A stretch of 62,808 nt of DNA, filler included, from Nemertoderma westbladi (GCA_032718475.1; 5 parts of 5 records of this genome joined end to end with filler, not necessarily neighbours in it), one strand, 5' to 3'. Numbered from the whole stretch's first letter, positions 45,688 to 60,516 are shown. Translations and numbers: made by a program. The notes: a model not told the origin generated them from the letters alone.

Positions 45688-47687
45688 GAGCGTGTTTATC
45701 GAACGTTATAATAAATTGTGAAACATCATTAATATTGGAAATAATGAATTATATTATTCTAAAAATATTTATTATTATACATTGTATTTTAATTTTCATA
45801 GCAATCTAGGCCTATTAGATAATTACAGTGCGTAGTACTGTAGGGCTACAGTTTATCAGTAGCTATTCGGTTCGGTTCACATACAACTTTGAAAAATGTG
45901 ATAATTAATTTGCTTGTTGCTGTGGCAATATGCAAGTACAGTAGGCCTCTACCATATTTACAATTTATTTTATTTTTTCTTATGTTTATTACCGTTTGAC
46001 TGACGGTCTGAAAATACGCCAAGAAAATGATGGCGGAGGTAAATTTGGGTAATCTACTTTGATCCTACTACTGTACATTAAACTTACCTTAAACTCCTTG
46101 AACTTAATTAACTTACTACGGTGGTGCGGCAAAAGAAAATATTTTACAAAAAAATATTTTTTTTTATCAAGATAATGAGTTTTGAAAATTAGCAGTCTTA
46201 TCACCAAATATTAACAAAGCTTTGAGAACAAAGCTTTTCGACTATGAAGTTATGAGAGTTTCAAATGTTCCCGCCAATTTTCTGTATTTGGGGGAGATTT
46301 TTCAAATAAAATTTTACGATATTTTTCAAAGCAGACATGTAAAAAATAAAAAAAATAAATTGTTTATGGACCATTACCTAACATGTTTTATTGTTATTAT
46401 TACAGGAGGGGAGGTTTGCAATGTCTGTCTGTCTGTCTTTCAGTTTGTCTGTCAAGAAATATAACAAATAAATAAATAAAGCAAACCACCCAATTTTTTG
46501 GGAAAGGGGGTTTTACTTGCCGACGATTTCAATTACGATGTTGGTTTTCACTATTTGCCAAATCTAAACTTTTGTCTGCCTGTCAGTAAGTCTGTTTGTT
46601 ATTATGTCTGTCTTTCCGTTAAAATTTACGAAAGTGTACAAACTGTTGAGAATTTGTGTTAAAAGGGTTTTCCTGGGCGGTGATTACATTTAAAATGTAA
46701 CTTTTCTGATTTGACGAAATCTAAACTGACTGTCTGTCTGTTTTTGGGTCTGTCTGTGTGTTTGTCTGTGAAAAATTGAGAAATCAATAAAATTAACAGA
46801 AAATCAATTTATCGGTTTTATAATTTACTTTATAAATAGTTAAAATTTATGGGTTTTATCTATTATTGTATATTTTTTAACATTATATATTTTTTTTAAT
46901 AATCGAAAAATAACCTTCGGCAATTGAAACCCAATAGATTATTAATTTACAGTATATAAGTGCTGAGCTGCAGACAGCTGACAAGCGGGGCTTGGCGAAT
47001 GGAATTAAAAGATCATCCTCCCACAAGGGGTTGGGGGGGGGGGGGGGTGAAGAGTCTCCAAGGGGGCCCTCTTGCCCCCCCCCTCCACCCCCCCCCCACC
47101 CCCCTGGCTACGCCACTACGCTACTTTAACTGACTTACCATAATTGATAATTATTATTTTCCCAGAGGTGACATAATTGACAATTGACTTTATATTTTTC
47201 CAGAGGTGCCTTTAATTGACTTAATATTTTACCAGATGCATCAAAAGAGAGATATATGTATGGCCTCAATTAGCCAGCGTAGGATGCAAAGTTCAATTAT
47301 TTTTCGGTCCCATTGGCAACAGGAGGACATTTCCAAAACTAGTCATCTGATCCAATTCATATGTTAGTAAGAATGAATGCAGTGCATATCACAATTAATA
47401 GTTGTATCAGTATCTCAGATACCGGTTGCCGGCTGTACTTGTACTACAGTACTACTGCTGTACAGTACAGCAGTACTGCTGTTGCTGTACCCGTACCGGT
47501 ACTGAGATTGGTAGGTTTACTGGCAGTGGCAGACAGACAGGTTTCAGGGATTTGTAGGCTACCGTACCGCGTACTGCTGTACTGTCAGACTGTAGTACTC
47601 GCACTGGCTGTCTGGCTGGTACTGTCGTAGGCCTACCGAGAATCGCATAGACATCAGGACATAGACAATAGACCTACTGTCACGTAA

Positions 47688-48854
<1,167 letters not shown>

Positions 48855-49805
48855 CGGTGTTCCGTCGCGTTTCGTTTTGTATTATTTATGTAAATAACTA
48901 AATATTATTATGGATGTAACTTTTTATTTGTTTATCTTTATTGGCTTATTAAATAAGATCAAAAATATTAAAAAAAAAATTTCAAAAATATTTTTACAAT
49001 GTCCGACCATTGACCTATATGTAATTTGAGAAGAAAAGAGTTTAACGCACTTTAAATGATTTTATAATGTTAAACTGTAATTCTAATGAATACTATTCTA
49101 ATAACCTCCATCTTATGGACAAACATAACCAGTGGAAAACTTAAACAACGAGGATCAGGACGGTGTAGAGATATTGAATGTATTTAGTTGTAAGTTTAAT
49201 TCAAAACTTATGTAACGACTTTTTTTTTAGGTTATGTACAAAACACAGACCCAAGACCTCAGACCCCTAATGGGGGGCGGGGGGGGGGGTCTGTGTTTTG
49301 TATCTGGGGGTCAGTGTTTTGTACACGATCGACTTTTTACGGTTTAAGATGAAATCAAGAATTAAACACTGATTTGTATACAATTGTTTCACCGTACTTC
49401 TCACATTATATGTAATCCTATTGACTACGGCCACGATTTTAAGTTATTATTTGGTTTGCTTTTGATTTGTCGTATATTCCATTCTCGAATAGACAATAAT
49501 TGTAGTTAATTCACCTGGAAAATTGTTACTGTTATGCAGTAATTCTAAAATTGTACTAGCTGGCGGTGCTGGGCTGGCGCACCGCGAAAGAAGCTCTCCA
49601 GCTTCAGCGTGTCTGTCCAATAGTCCACGTCTTCGTTCAAGTTTCACACAAAATATTTTCTGAACAATATTATACAAATACAGTTTCAAACGGTGCTGCT
49701 ATTATAATTATGATTACTTGTAATATAAATCATTCATTTCCAAAGATTGATTTTAATTTTAATGTGACTTAAAGCATAAGTCTATTATTAAGGTAGATGC
49801 AGTCC

Positions 49806-49868
49806 AGTCACCAGTCACTCAGTCACCAGTCACTCAGTCACCAGTCACTCAGTCACCAGTCACTCAGT
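49806..49868. repeat. 15-bp tandem repeat CAGTCACCAGTCACT
   Basis: About 4 copies. Confidence 0.85.
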
Positions 49869-50765
49869 ACTCCCATTAGTGAGAAATGTAACTGTATGTC
49901 AATAAGCAATGAAGATCTATTATATCAATTGTGAATTTTATCCTCAAATGTTCAACTTAATGTCGAAATATAATCGACATTTTTATCATATCTCATTGGT
50001 ATCATATTTGTTGTTGGGTGTTGTATGTCTTGCTCCATGTGTTGCGTTTTCCATCTATATGGAATCATCCTAAGGAATCAAGTCCCCCCCCCCCCCCCCC
50101 CCCCCCCCTACTATCATTGACCTTTTTTTCGAATGTTTACTTGCGTGTTATTTCTAGTAAGCGACGTTTAGGGTATCATTTGTCACACAGACACAATGCC
50201 TTGTACGCTGCAATTCTGCCGTGCAATGTAAACAGACCGTAAGTCCCATAACGTCATTTCGAGTAAACCGCAAATTAGTGTTGGCTTACGATTGTTGGTT
50301 TAAAATGTCCGTAAATTACTATTTTTTTTATAACACTACGCAGTTGGGGGTGGGAAATTTTTCTACGTAATTATTTTTCGCTTTCCATTAATATTCTGAT
50401 GATAAATTTTTTGTACTACGGTGTTTTTGCATTATACAACCTGTATGTAAATACATATTTCAAGACACATACAGTATTTCAATAAAACCGTATGTTCGTT
50501 TTCTTATTATCTATGCAATGACAAAACACCGCAAGTCTTGTTGACTTACGGTTTTTTTTGCATAAATTTAAGTCGATTGGTCAATAAACGTCGCTCAAAG
50601 CAAAATATATTTTTTTTATTTCTTGCCGAACCCCAATTTATTATATACCATTGGAATCGTCTTTTTGAGATCTTTCCAGATTGGCCAAAATATATAAATA
50701 TACTCAAGTCTAAAAGTTTTATAGGCGAAGTAACGCTAAATGCTATCCAAGGTAGACAGACATCC

Positions 50766-52153
50766 AAGATATACATTTTTGTGTACCAAGGTATACATTT
50801 TGTGTACAATGGTATACATTTTTTGTACCAAGGTATACATTTTGTGTACCAAGGTATACATTTTGTGTACCATGGTATACATTTTGTGTACCAAGGTATA
50901 CATTTTGTGTACCATGGTATACATTTTGTGTACCAAGGTATACATTTTGTGTACCAAGGTATACATTTTGTGTACCAAGGTATACATTGGTTACATTTTC
51001 AAAGTATACGTTTTGTGTACCAAGGTATACATTTTGTGTACCATGGTATACAATTTGTGTACCAAGGTATACATTTTGTGTACCATGGTATACATTTTGT
51101 GTACCAAGGTATACATTTTGTGTACCAAGGTATACATTTTGTGTCCCAAGGTATACATTTTGTGTACCAAGGTATACATTGGTTACATTTTCAAAGTATA
51201 CGTTTTGTGTACCAAGGTATACATTTTGTGTACCATGGTATACAATTTGTGTACCAAGGTATACATTTTGTGTACCATGGTATACATTTTGTGTACCAAG
51301 GTATACATTTTGTGTACCAAGGTATACATTTTGTGTACCAAGGTATACATTTTGTGTACCATGGCATGGTGTACATTTTGTGTACTAAGGTATACATTTT
51401 GTGTACCATGGTATACATTTTGTGTACCAAGGTATACATTTTGTGTACCAAGGTATACATTTTGTGTACCAAGGTATACATTTTGTGTACCAAGGTATAC
51501 ATTGGTTACATTTTCAAAGTATACGTTTTGTGTACCAAGGTATACATTTTGTGTACCATGGTATACAATTTGTGTACCAAGGTATACATTTTGTGTACCA
51601 TGGTATACATTTTGTGTACCAAGGTATACATTTTGTGTACCATGGTATACATTTTGTGTCCCAAGGTATACAATTTGTGTACCAAGGTATACATTGGTTA
51701 CATTTTCAAAGTATACGTTTTGTGTACCAAGGTATACATTTTGTGTACCATGGTATACAATTTGTGTACCAAGGTATACATTTTGTGTACCATGGTATAC
51801 ATTTTGTGTACCAAGGTATACATTTTGTGTACCATGGTATACATTTTGTGTACCATGGTATACATTTTGTGTACCAAGGTATACATTTTGTGTACCATGG
51901 TATACATTTTGTGTACCAAGGTGTACATTGGTTAAATTGTCAAGGTATACGTTTTTGTGTACCAATGTAGTGTACCAAGGTATATACGTGTTGTGTACCA
52001 AGGTAGTGTACCAAGGTAGTGTACCAAGGTAGTGTACCAAGGTATATACGTGTTGTGTAGCAAGGTAGTGTACCAAGGTATATACGTGTTGTGTACCAAG
52101 GTAGTGTACCAAGGGTAGTGTACCAAGGTATATACTTGTTGTGTAGCAAGGTA
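50766..52153. repeat. 21-bp hairpin satellite (GGTATACATTTTGTGTACCAW) with higher-order repeats, decaying into 13-bp units
   Basis: Marker TTGGTTACATTTTCAAAG at 50987, 51179, 51502 and 51694 (192-bp and 515-bp periods). Confidence 0.95.
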
Positions 52154-52214
52154 TTCTTCGTTTGGTGTAACAAGGTAAACATGGGTTCAATCTTTAAGGC
52201 ATGAGTTTTGTGTA

Positions 52215-52314
52215 NNNNNNNNNNNNNNNNNNNNNNNNNNNNNNNNNNNNNNNNNNNNTTAATTAATTAANNNNNNNNNNNNNNNNNNNNNNNNNNNNNN
52301 NNNNNNNNNNNNNN
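52215..52314. other. Artificial contig linker
   Basis: 44 N + TTAATTAATTAA + 44 N. Confidence 0.98.
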
Positions 52315-53511
52315 GCCACACTATTTTTATTTATACATAATTGAAAGTAGATACGTAGGCGAAGATTTAGCCACAATAACACAAAATTCAGTAAACGATT
52401 TTGATTTCGAATGCTTATTTCAACGAACTTACGAATGTCAACTTCCTTACATACATTACAATATTTAATTTAGCACAATAAATTAATTGTTGTCCTACTT
52501 TATTGTACAGTAATTAATATAAATCGGTGACAATTTACGTATATATTTGCACAGTTTTTTTCTATTGGGACTGGCTGTTAAGACTGTTGTATTCTGAGAA
52601 GTCTAGCTCGCAGTATTTTTCACGTAGGTCTTTTGTTCGAGGGCAACATAGCAAAACATGTCGTCCCTTTCATTCTGAAACCACGTATATGCCATTTTTG
52701 CCGAAATGGAGATTGCTGCATTTCTTTACGTTAAAATGTATTCTGAATCCGATTAACCACTTAGAAGGTCATACTACCACGTATAACTGAGATATTTAAC
52801 GTTTCAAAACCACCTATATGCCAGTTCTGCATAGACCGCATTATAAAGAATTTTTTTTAAAAACAACCTATATTATAATACTGTACATTTTACTATTATA
52901 AATAGGGTAAGCCCGGGAAACTTTGATAGAAAATTGGAAACAACGAATCAGGAGCTAGAATTGTTGTTTATTATGATAGGGGGAGACTTGTTTTATATTT
53001 TTAAAACTTAATAATCGAATTTGTCTTAAGAGTTTTAATGCTTTTTGAGTAATCATTGTAAAAAATTTAATATTTTTTTGAAACAACCTACTGTATATCC
53101 CTATACATTGTTTCCTACCTAATATGTTACATAATTCCAATTCCAATACCATAACTATTTTTGTTTAAAATCGTTACATTTAATGGATTTAAAAGTAAAT
53201 AAGACCAAAATCCTGGAATATTACTTTCTAACAAAATTAGAAACGAAAATGCCGTTTTACAGGAAAAGTCAATTTTGTCATTTAGGTTGTTTGAAAATGA
53301 AAGGGGCGATGTAGTTCGTCCTGAATTGTTGAGTCGTCGCACTGGTAAGTTCTCTCTGATTGGGGAGTCCGTGACCAACAACGGCCGGTTTCAACACGTA
53401 GTCTGTGGCTTATTAGTCGGATTCGAGTAAATTCTAACCGCTGCAAGTCTGGGTTATACGGTCTGGTGCAAGTACAGTATAGATAGGGTGGACGGACAAG
53501 TCTCTGTTTAA

Positions 53512-54401
53512 GGGGGGGGGGGGGGTATACCCCCCCATGAACCTTTTTTTAAAATGGCTGTCAATTAGTGTTAAATGATAATATTGATATTTTGTTATGG
53601 TCAACCACTGTATGGAAGGCCAAATAGCCTTTATAGTAAAATTTTAAAATTTATAGCCTCCCCCTAGCGGCTGGCGGCGGAATTAAAGATTTCACTAAAA
53701 TTGCTACTAGTCCCTCAATTTTGGTCCAAATTTCTTGAAACCAACTTTTTTGGACTCAGCGTGATCGACTCTACAAAAGTTATCTTATAGAATTTTTAAT
53801 TAGCCATTTTCATTTTGATTAATTAAATTAATTAATTAATTATCATATTTTTAATTAAAATTGGCTAATTAGAAAAAATGGTAATATTTATCAAAATTCC
53901 ATAAGATTACTTTGAAAGAGCTTCCAAAGCTCGTTCGAATGAGCCATAAACGAAGAAAATTGGTTAAAAAATGACGGAGGAGTAGTAATTTGAAAATGAA
54001 AAATGTCATTCCGAGAAATAAATGCCCTTCAAAGTTTAAACCGTCCCGCCAAAATTGGCTGTCTGCGTTCTGGTTGGTTAATTATTTCCGGCACGAAGGA
54101 TGCACACCAACAAGCTAAAATGTTCATTACGGGGGTTTTCGGGGTCGCTGATTTCATTTCCGATGTCAGTTTTAATTTTTGGTGGAATCTAGACTGTCTG
54201 TCGGTCTTCTGTCTTTCTTACAATTTGACGGACAGACCGTCATACGGAAAAACAGTGATAACTCGAGAACTGAAAGAGGTCTCACTAAGCGGTTTTCAGA
54301 TTTGTAATCCTCATTAAATTCTGCACTAGATGAAATAAAGAAACAACAATTTGAAAATTTTACCTGAGGGGGGGTATACCCCCCCCCCCCCCCCCCCCCC
54401 C
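53512..54401. mobile_element. Kolobok-like MITE with TTAA TSD
   Basis: TTAA at 53508-53511 and 54402-54405; termini Gn-TATA-Cn (RR...YY). Confidence 0.75.
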
Positions 54402-54722
54402 TTAAGTCAGTCTTGTAACTTTTTCCTCGCTAGCATTATTCTTTCTAAAATTGGTAGCATACCTAATTCGATCAAACAAATATCGTTAGCTGTTTGGTCT
54501 CGCACGCATGCTAAGGTCTCAACCTTATACGTATATACTGTAGTATCTCTCGATAATTTTAAAGTCACCTGTAAGCCAACTTTCGCAAGCGTATAGGGCA
54601 GATCAAATAGCTGATTCTATGTAATACTTGCTTTTTGAGCACAAAGGGCATTGTAGAATTTACAGCACAAAAAATACTAAATTTATTTACAGTTTCTTTG
54701 AGTCTCGGTTCTATTATTTTAA

Positions 54723-54959
54723 GCAAGCAAAAGCAAACAGTCGGCCGAAGCCGGAAGCGACCCGAAGGCTCATCTTTCGATAGCTGCTACCCGAGGGTAG
54801 GGGTGGGCGCTACTCCTATCCCAAGATATGCTCCCAGTTATTTAACTGGTACTCATTTCATCGACCCCAGTGGATGAAAGGCTGAGTGGACCCTGGCGGG
54901 GCTGAACCTACAACCAATAGATTGCAGGCCCGGCGCTCAACCAACTGAGCTACCCCGCC
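54723..54959 (-). mobile_element. tRNA-derived SINE with Meta-like central domain
   Basis: A-box TAGCTCAGTTGG; B-box-like GGTTCAGCCCC; central ACTCAGCCTTTCATCC..GGGGTCGATGAAATGAGTACCAG; (TTGC)n tail; TSD TATTATTTTAA at 54712-54722 and 54962-54972. Confidence 0.85.
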
Positions 54960-55155
54960 TTTATTATTTTAAAGGTGGACGAAATTCTGACTAACCCATC
55001 TTCGGTGAAACAGCACCCAAGGTAATTACTGTATAATTAGTGCAGAGGTTAATTGCAATACTGGTAGGTATAATAGGAATTTTATCGGGTACATGTGCTT
55101 ACCTACTGTACTGCTGCAGTATGTAGTAGTCCAGCCTCACATTCAAAAAATGTTT

Positions 55156-56652
55156 TCAGTTTCTTGGTGATGTTTTAATCTTGTATGTTTGTGGCGCAAT
55201 ACCAAATCCAGGCTTAATGTCAAATAAACTGGGGAGATCTTTATCAGCAACTATTGTGAATTTGTGAAGCAAATGAGATACAATCAATTTGAGCTCGACC
55301 ATAGCTAGTCGCTCCCCAATGCACACTCTCGGCCCCAATCCAAATGGTATAAACTCTTTCGGTTTTATGAGATCACCATCTTCACATAAAAAATGTTGAG
55401 GGAAAAATTGATAAGGATATTTCCATATGCCAGGATCCCGCATGATGTTCCAAATGCTAACAAACAAGATATCACTTGTCTTTATGCTGTATGAACCGAT
55501 TTGTGTTGGTTTATCTGCTGCATGGGGACCAGTGGTAGGTAACACAACACCCCATCTTAAGGTCTCTAAAATGCATGCCTCTAGGTAGGGTATATTCGCT
55601 ATATCAGCGATTGTCGGTTTTCCAGATTCGCCAATATGATTATCTAAAAGGTTCTGACATTTCCTTTGTATTTCCGGGTATGTTGCCATTATAAGAAGGA
55701 ACCAAGATAAAGCTCTTGGTGTTGATGCGACTGCCCCACCAATTAAATCATTAATGACAGCAGCAAGGTGTGCATCACTATACAAACTACCCTTCATGCT
55801 ATTGTTAACGTCAAGAGGTTTTCTTTCTTTCAACAAGTCTACGGTGTCTACAAAATCCATAGGTGTTTCGGAATAGCTTATATTTTCTCGATGTTCTTCA
55901 ATATACTTCCGAAAATTACCTACTAGTTGATCCAACACATAATGTAACGTATTTCTATCACCATATATACAATTCAAGATAATTTTTGGTACGAAGAATG
56001 CGACACATATGTACTTATTAACTTTCTCCGTTTCACCAAAAAGATAATCAAAGAATGGGTCATTGTACTCAAATTTTTTATGAAAAAGTAAATCACATAT
56101 AACATTCACAGATATTTTGTATAAAATATGCGATGGATCAAACGGCCCTTGAACTTCCAATGATATCCATTCACAGAGAATAGATACTTCATCTAGAACA
56201 ATATCTTCCATGGTGCGACTTCTGGTATTTTGCAGGAGCAAAAGTGATTGGTTAAAAATCTTCCTGTAATGCACCCAAGTCATTCCAGATCCAAATGCTA
56301 TACCACTGTTAAGGGTGCTTACCAATGCTGCAGGTCTCTCTGAAAATATTTTCTTATTTTCAATAAAAGCTTGTTTTGCACACGTAAAGTTACTAAAAAT
56401 AATAACATTTCTCCCTGGTATTGGTATTCTAATTATATCTTCATCTAGATCTTTACACCACTTCTGTATTTCACGTGCAGGCCACATCATTCCATTTCTC
56501 TTTATAATGAAACCAACAGATACCATAGATGACAGTTTGGGGACAGGGGGGCGACTTTTTTCATTCAACATAAACCAAATTAATATGCATAATGATAGAA
56601 AAACAATAATTCCGATAAACAAGGATATGGGCAACATGTTTGCGTGTTGCAA
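55156..56652 (-). CDS. Cytochrome P450, clan 2 (CYP2-like), single exon
   Basis: N-terminal anchor and Pro hinge, FSERP, WVHYR, ETLR, PQHFL, heme motif FGLGPRVCIG. Confidence 0.93.
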   Translation of the reverse strand: MQHANMLPISLFIGIIVFLSLCILIWFMLNEKSRPPVPKLSSMVSVGFIIKRNGMMWPAREIQKWCKDLDEDIIRIPIPGRNVIIFSNFTCAKQAFIENKKIFSERPAALVSTLNSGIAFGSGMTWVHYRKIFNQSLLLLQNTRSRTMEDIVLDEVSILCEWISLEVQGPFDPSHILYKISVNVICDLLFHKKFEYNDPFFDYLFGETEKVNKYICVAFFVPKIILNCIYGDRNTLHYVLDQLVGNFRKYIEEHRENISYSETPMDFVDTVDLLKERKPLDVNNSMKGSLYSDAHLAAVINDLIGGAVASTPRALSWFLLIMATYPEIQRKCQNLLDNHIGESGKPTIADIANIPYLEACILETLRWGVVLPTTGPHAADKPTQIGSYSIKTSDILFVSIWNIMRDPGIWKYPYQFFPQHFLCEDGDLIKPKEFIPFGLGPRVCIGERLAMVELKLIVSHLLHKFTIVADKDLPSLFDIKPGFGIAPQTYKIKTSPRN

Positions 56653-56849
56653 AATTATTTTACAGGAATCGATCCCTTATATACAGTATACTATATGCCT
56701 ATGATTTCAATGTAAAATGAAGTCATATTTCAATGCAATTTATAAAACAAAACAATAAATAATAATATAGCACAACGGTAATTATACCTAATGTAGAATG
56801 ACGTTGTTGGGTGTATACCAAGGCGCCGAACTCCTTAGCAACCATACAG

Positions 56850-57462
56850 TAGGCCTTTTAAGGCCCTCTTTGCTCTTTATCTACGATTTTCTGGTCTATA
56901 TATGTTATAGCCGGTCGTCCACGGGTAGGGCCTACGCTTTCCATGTGTTGGTTGCCAGAAAATGGATCTGGCATGACCTCGTCTTTACTTCTCCAGCAGA
57001 GCCCTTTGAATCTTAATCTGCGTTCATGGAGGGTGGTTGCTACAGGTGGTATTGTACCATAAAGCTCGGCGTTTGTCATGTGTTGTCTCCAGCTGATGTT
57101 AGGGATGCCCTTAGTACTCTTGCGTAGCAACCATCAATTCGTTGTTCAAGTGATTTAGTCAGTGTCCAGGTCTCACCCACCGTATAAAAGTACAATTTCC
57201 ACTGTGGCTCGAATAACTTAGTCTTCAGGTGCCTAGAGAGATCTGATTTCCAGATGGTATCCATTTTTGATAGAGCTACCCAAGCCTTTGCTTTCCTAAC
57301 TTCTATGTCCTTTTTGCTACTCTCTATCCATGATCCAAGGTACTGGAAGTCGTCAACCTGGCTTTGTTGATTATTATCAATTGCTGTCAAGTTTTATCAA
57401 CATTAAAAGTGATGAATTCGGTCTTGGTAGCATTTATATGCAATCCAACCTCCTTAGCAGCA
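56850..57462 (-). pseudogene. RTE-like LINE RT C-terminal fragment
   Basis: GLHINATKTEF, VDDFQYLGSWI, ETWTLTK, LRFKG.CWR; frameshifted. Confidence 0.85.
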
Positions 57463-57776
57463 CGGCCCTTACATGCCAAAACCGTCTAACTCATTTTTTT
57501 GAAAAATGACATAATTTGCATACATACATGCATATATTTGGAATCAGAAAAACGAGGCGCATCTTTCTAGCCAAGTCTTAAGACGTAATTATGAAGTCCT
57601 AAGGAGTTATATTTTTGCCAAAACCGTATATCTCAACATCTGTCAATTATAGTAAATCCCAAAACCATATCTTTACTTAGATTGATTTGGGATTAAACAC
57701 TAAGTTTGATTTTATGGTTTCCTTTATGCCGAAAACGTCTATCTGTGAATTCTATTATATCTGTGTACAGTATTCT

Positions 57777-58252
57777 GTGGGGCGAGCCACGAAGTGAGTG
57801 AGCCTTAGCGTAGTGGTACCATTAATCAACCTGTCGTTCTGTCGTTCTGTCGTGTTCAATTTTAAACGTTAATAACTCGGCCAATCTTTGATGAAATCTA
57901 TCCAAACTTGGTACACATGTTGTATGGCAAAAGTTTAGAAATTTTCCAAGTAGAATTTCCGTGTGGCCTTCGAGAAGCTAAGATAATAGCAGTTAATTAG
58001 TTAATTAAGTTGATTACGGTAAAAACACCATTTTCAACCTGCCTTTTAAAGGAAATTAATTGTTTTACAGTATAAGACTTCAATAATTATACTTAAAAAA
58101 TATACAGATGTAATCCGCATACTCCATTCTATTATAGTTTTTAATTAGTTCAAGTGATTTGCTTTAATAATCGTGTCTTTAATTGATCTAAAGTAATTAA
58201 ACCGGCATAAAAAATGTATTCTCATTAAATACTGCTCATTTATTGGTTAACA
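57777..58252 (+). repeat. Interspersed repeat, copy 1
   Basis: Reverse complement of 60552-61022; head GTGGGGCGAGCCACGAAGTGAG, CTGTCGTT microrepeats. Confidence 0.85.
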
Positions 58253-59676
58253 TCCAAGTTGGCTTGATTCCCAGCAACACTTGAGGTATTCAGTCAGTCT
58301 TGCTTGTAAGAGGCAGACTGCTGCTGCTGCTAGTAGCCATCCATTCACTCACTCTCCATTGAACTGGCTGATTGGAGGTGTGTGTGTATCGGGTTCAATG
58401 ACATTAATATTATTACTAAAGTAACGTCGGGATGTTAATATTCACTGGAGCTAAGAGTCTCTCTGGTTAGTTGAATGAATGAAATAAATAATTGTTTTAC
58501 TGTTCCGAATATCAATGTTTATTTCTGTAGGCCAACTTACTGTATTATTATTTAATCTAAATGTACATAATAGTTTAAATAAATTATTTCACAATTTCAT
58601 TCCAATTCATACTGCTTACGCAACCATGCTAATTAGGTATATTAAATGGCAGGATTGTTTTTAATTAAAATTTTTACAGAGCAAACAAGTATATTGTATT
58701 TAACTGAAAGTTAATTTATTTCGGTAAGTAGGCCTTGCGGTTTGTTAGTTTAGTTAGTATAATAAGTATCAAATATATTACGTGCTGCTGTACAGTAAAC
58801 GCGGCTTTGCGTTATTGAATTACAGAATTGGCGGTACAAAGTACATTAATAGGGATCAGGCATATTGCATTTATATAATTGTTGTTGTAAATGTACAATA
58901 ATATGCGCCACTTTTATTTTAGTAACTGCAATGTGTATTTCATTTGTACCTGCAACCCATTAAAAAGGGCAGCTGAACATATCGCGGACAGGCTGACTAT
59001 TCACCATAACAAAAAAACCCAAATCGCCGCAGTTCCACTTACAGTTCCATATTATTCTGTTTTGCAATTCAACCCAATTTATCTGCTCTCTGCTACACGC
59101 GGTTTTATCCACGAGTTTTGTAAAGTCCCGACTTATCGGGAATGACATGAACTTAGCGTCCGGAATATTCTGATCAGATTAAATCTACTTGGCGCTGTAA
59201 TACTGCATCCCGTTGTACCAGAAGTTATTAAAACATACCGGCCCCTCAAATGCGCTTGCAGTGGGTTAGAGAACAACATATACCGCCCCAGTACAACCGC
59301 TATTTTGATAAGGTCCAATATATAATATATATATATGGTCTAACATATGATAGTTCACTAATCAGCTAATAGGCCTATTAATTCGTGAGATTTCAATTTA
59401 TAAATAAAACTAATATACGAGCTCATATGAGCTCAATTGATTGATTGATTGAAGGTATGACCGTTGTTGTGGGGGACTAGGTCTACCTGTCTAGCAGCTA
59501 ATAACTCGTCCGTGGAGAGAATAATATAAGTCGAGGAACATAACGAAACGCGTTTAATTTATTTATTTATTCCAATTGGGGATGCTTTCTAACGCGGGAA
59601 TGCGGTGCTATTAAACATCAACACATTCCTGCGCGTGCGTCGATATTGTGCACCCTAATACTAACAACCCACCCAG

Positions 59677-59776
59677 NNNNNNNNNNNNNNNNNNNNNNNN
59701 NNNNNNNNNNNNNNNNNNNNTTAATTAATTAANNNNNNNNNNNNNNNNNNNNNNNNNNNNNNNNNNNNNNNNNNNN
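59677..59776. other. Artificial contig linker
   Basis: 44 N + TTAATTAATTAA + 44 N. Confidence 0.98.
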
Positions 59777-59794
59777 GCCATATACCGTAACAAC

Positions 59795-60352
59795 TAGGAT
59801 CGGCATGCTGCATTGCAGCTGCATTTTTAAGAATGCTGTGCCGGCTTGTCAACAAAATTGCACCGCCACAACTCCCTATCACCCATGACATTTGCTAGAT
59901 CATCCGCATCTTTAAGGCCAGTGTCCTTTAAGATGCGTCTCAAGAAAGTCATGGGCTGTCCACCATGCTTATTCACTCCATGAGGCTGCCAAAGTACAAG
60001 ATTATGCACTGGCTGGTCCTCACGGCGAAAGCAATGTCCTGCAAAGCGGAGGCGACTTTGTTCTAGTGTCAAGCTTGGGGGAACCAATGAGGCACCTCCA
60101 ATGTTATATAGTGTCTGGTTGGAGATGTGTGCATTGTACTTGACACAATGAACCCGGCGTAGCATTCTTGTGAATGTGCCATCCAGAGATTTGGTGTCCT
60201 CAGCAGTTAGAGCCCAGCATGGACTCCCGTAGAGGAGTACTGGAACTACTGCTGCTCTAAATAATCGGACCTTAAGTTTCCGATTAATTCTCGGTGACTT
60301 CCAAATCCTGGAAAGCCTATTCAAGGCTGCCCATGCCTTTCCCTTACGTATT
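59795..60352 (-). mobile_element. RTE-like LINE 3' fragment (uninterrupted frame) with short 3' UTR
   Basis: LKVRLFRAAVVPVLLYGS..W, RMLRR, RLRFAGHCFR, DRELWR; 3' end shared with 32047-32190. Confidence 0.88.
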
Positions 60353-60516
60353 CGAGCATTGATTAAGAGGGCGGTTGAAGCAAGGGGGGGGGGGGGATCC
60401 TCTCTTCTTTGATTTATTCTTATTGGCGTTTTGGTTAAATTTTCTTAATTATTTATTTAAATTTCTTAAGTACCGATTTTGGGATAGAAATGCTCAATTT
60501 TAATCTGTATCTAATA

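Noticed and set aside
50538-52190. 335-465 aa ORFs (YQGIHFV / CTKVYIL repeats)
   Set aside because: Translations of a 21-bp satellite open in multiple frames.
54890-54959. tRNA gene
   Set aside because: tRNA-like head only, with a degenerate T-arm and no acceptor stem closure; followed by a SINE body, tail and TSD.
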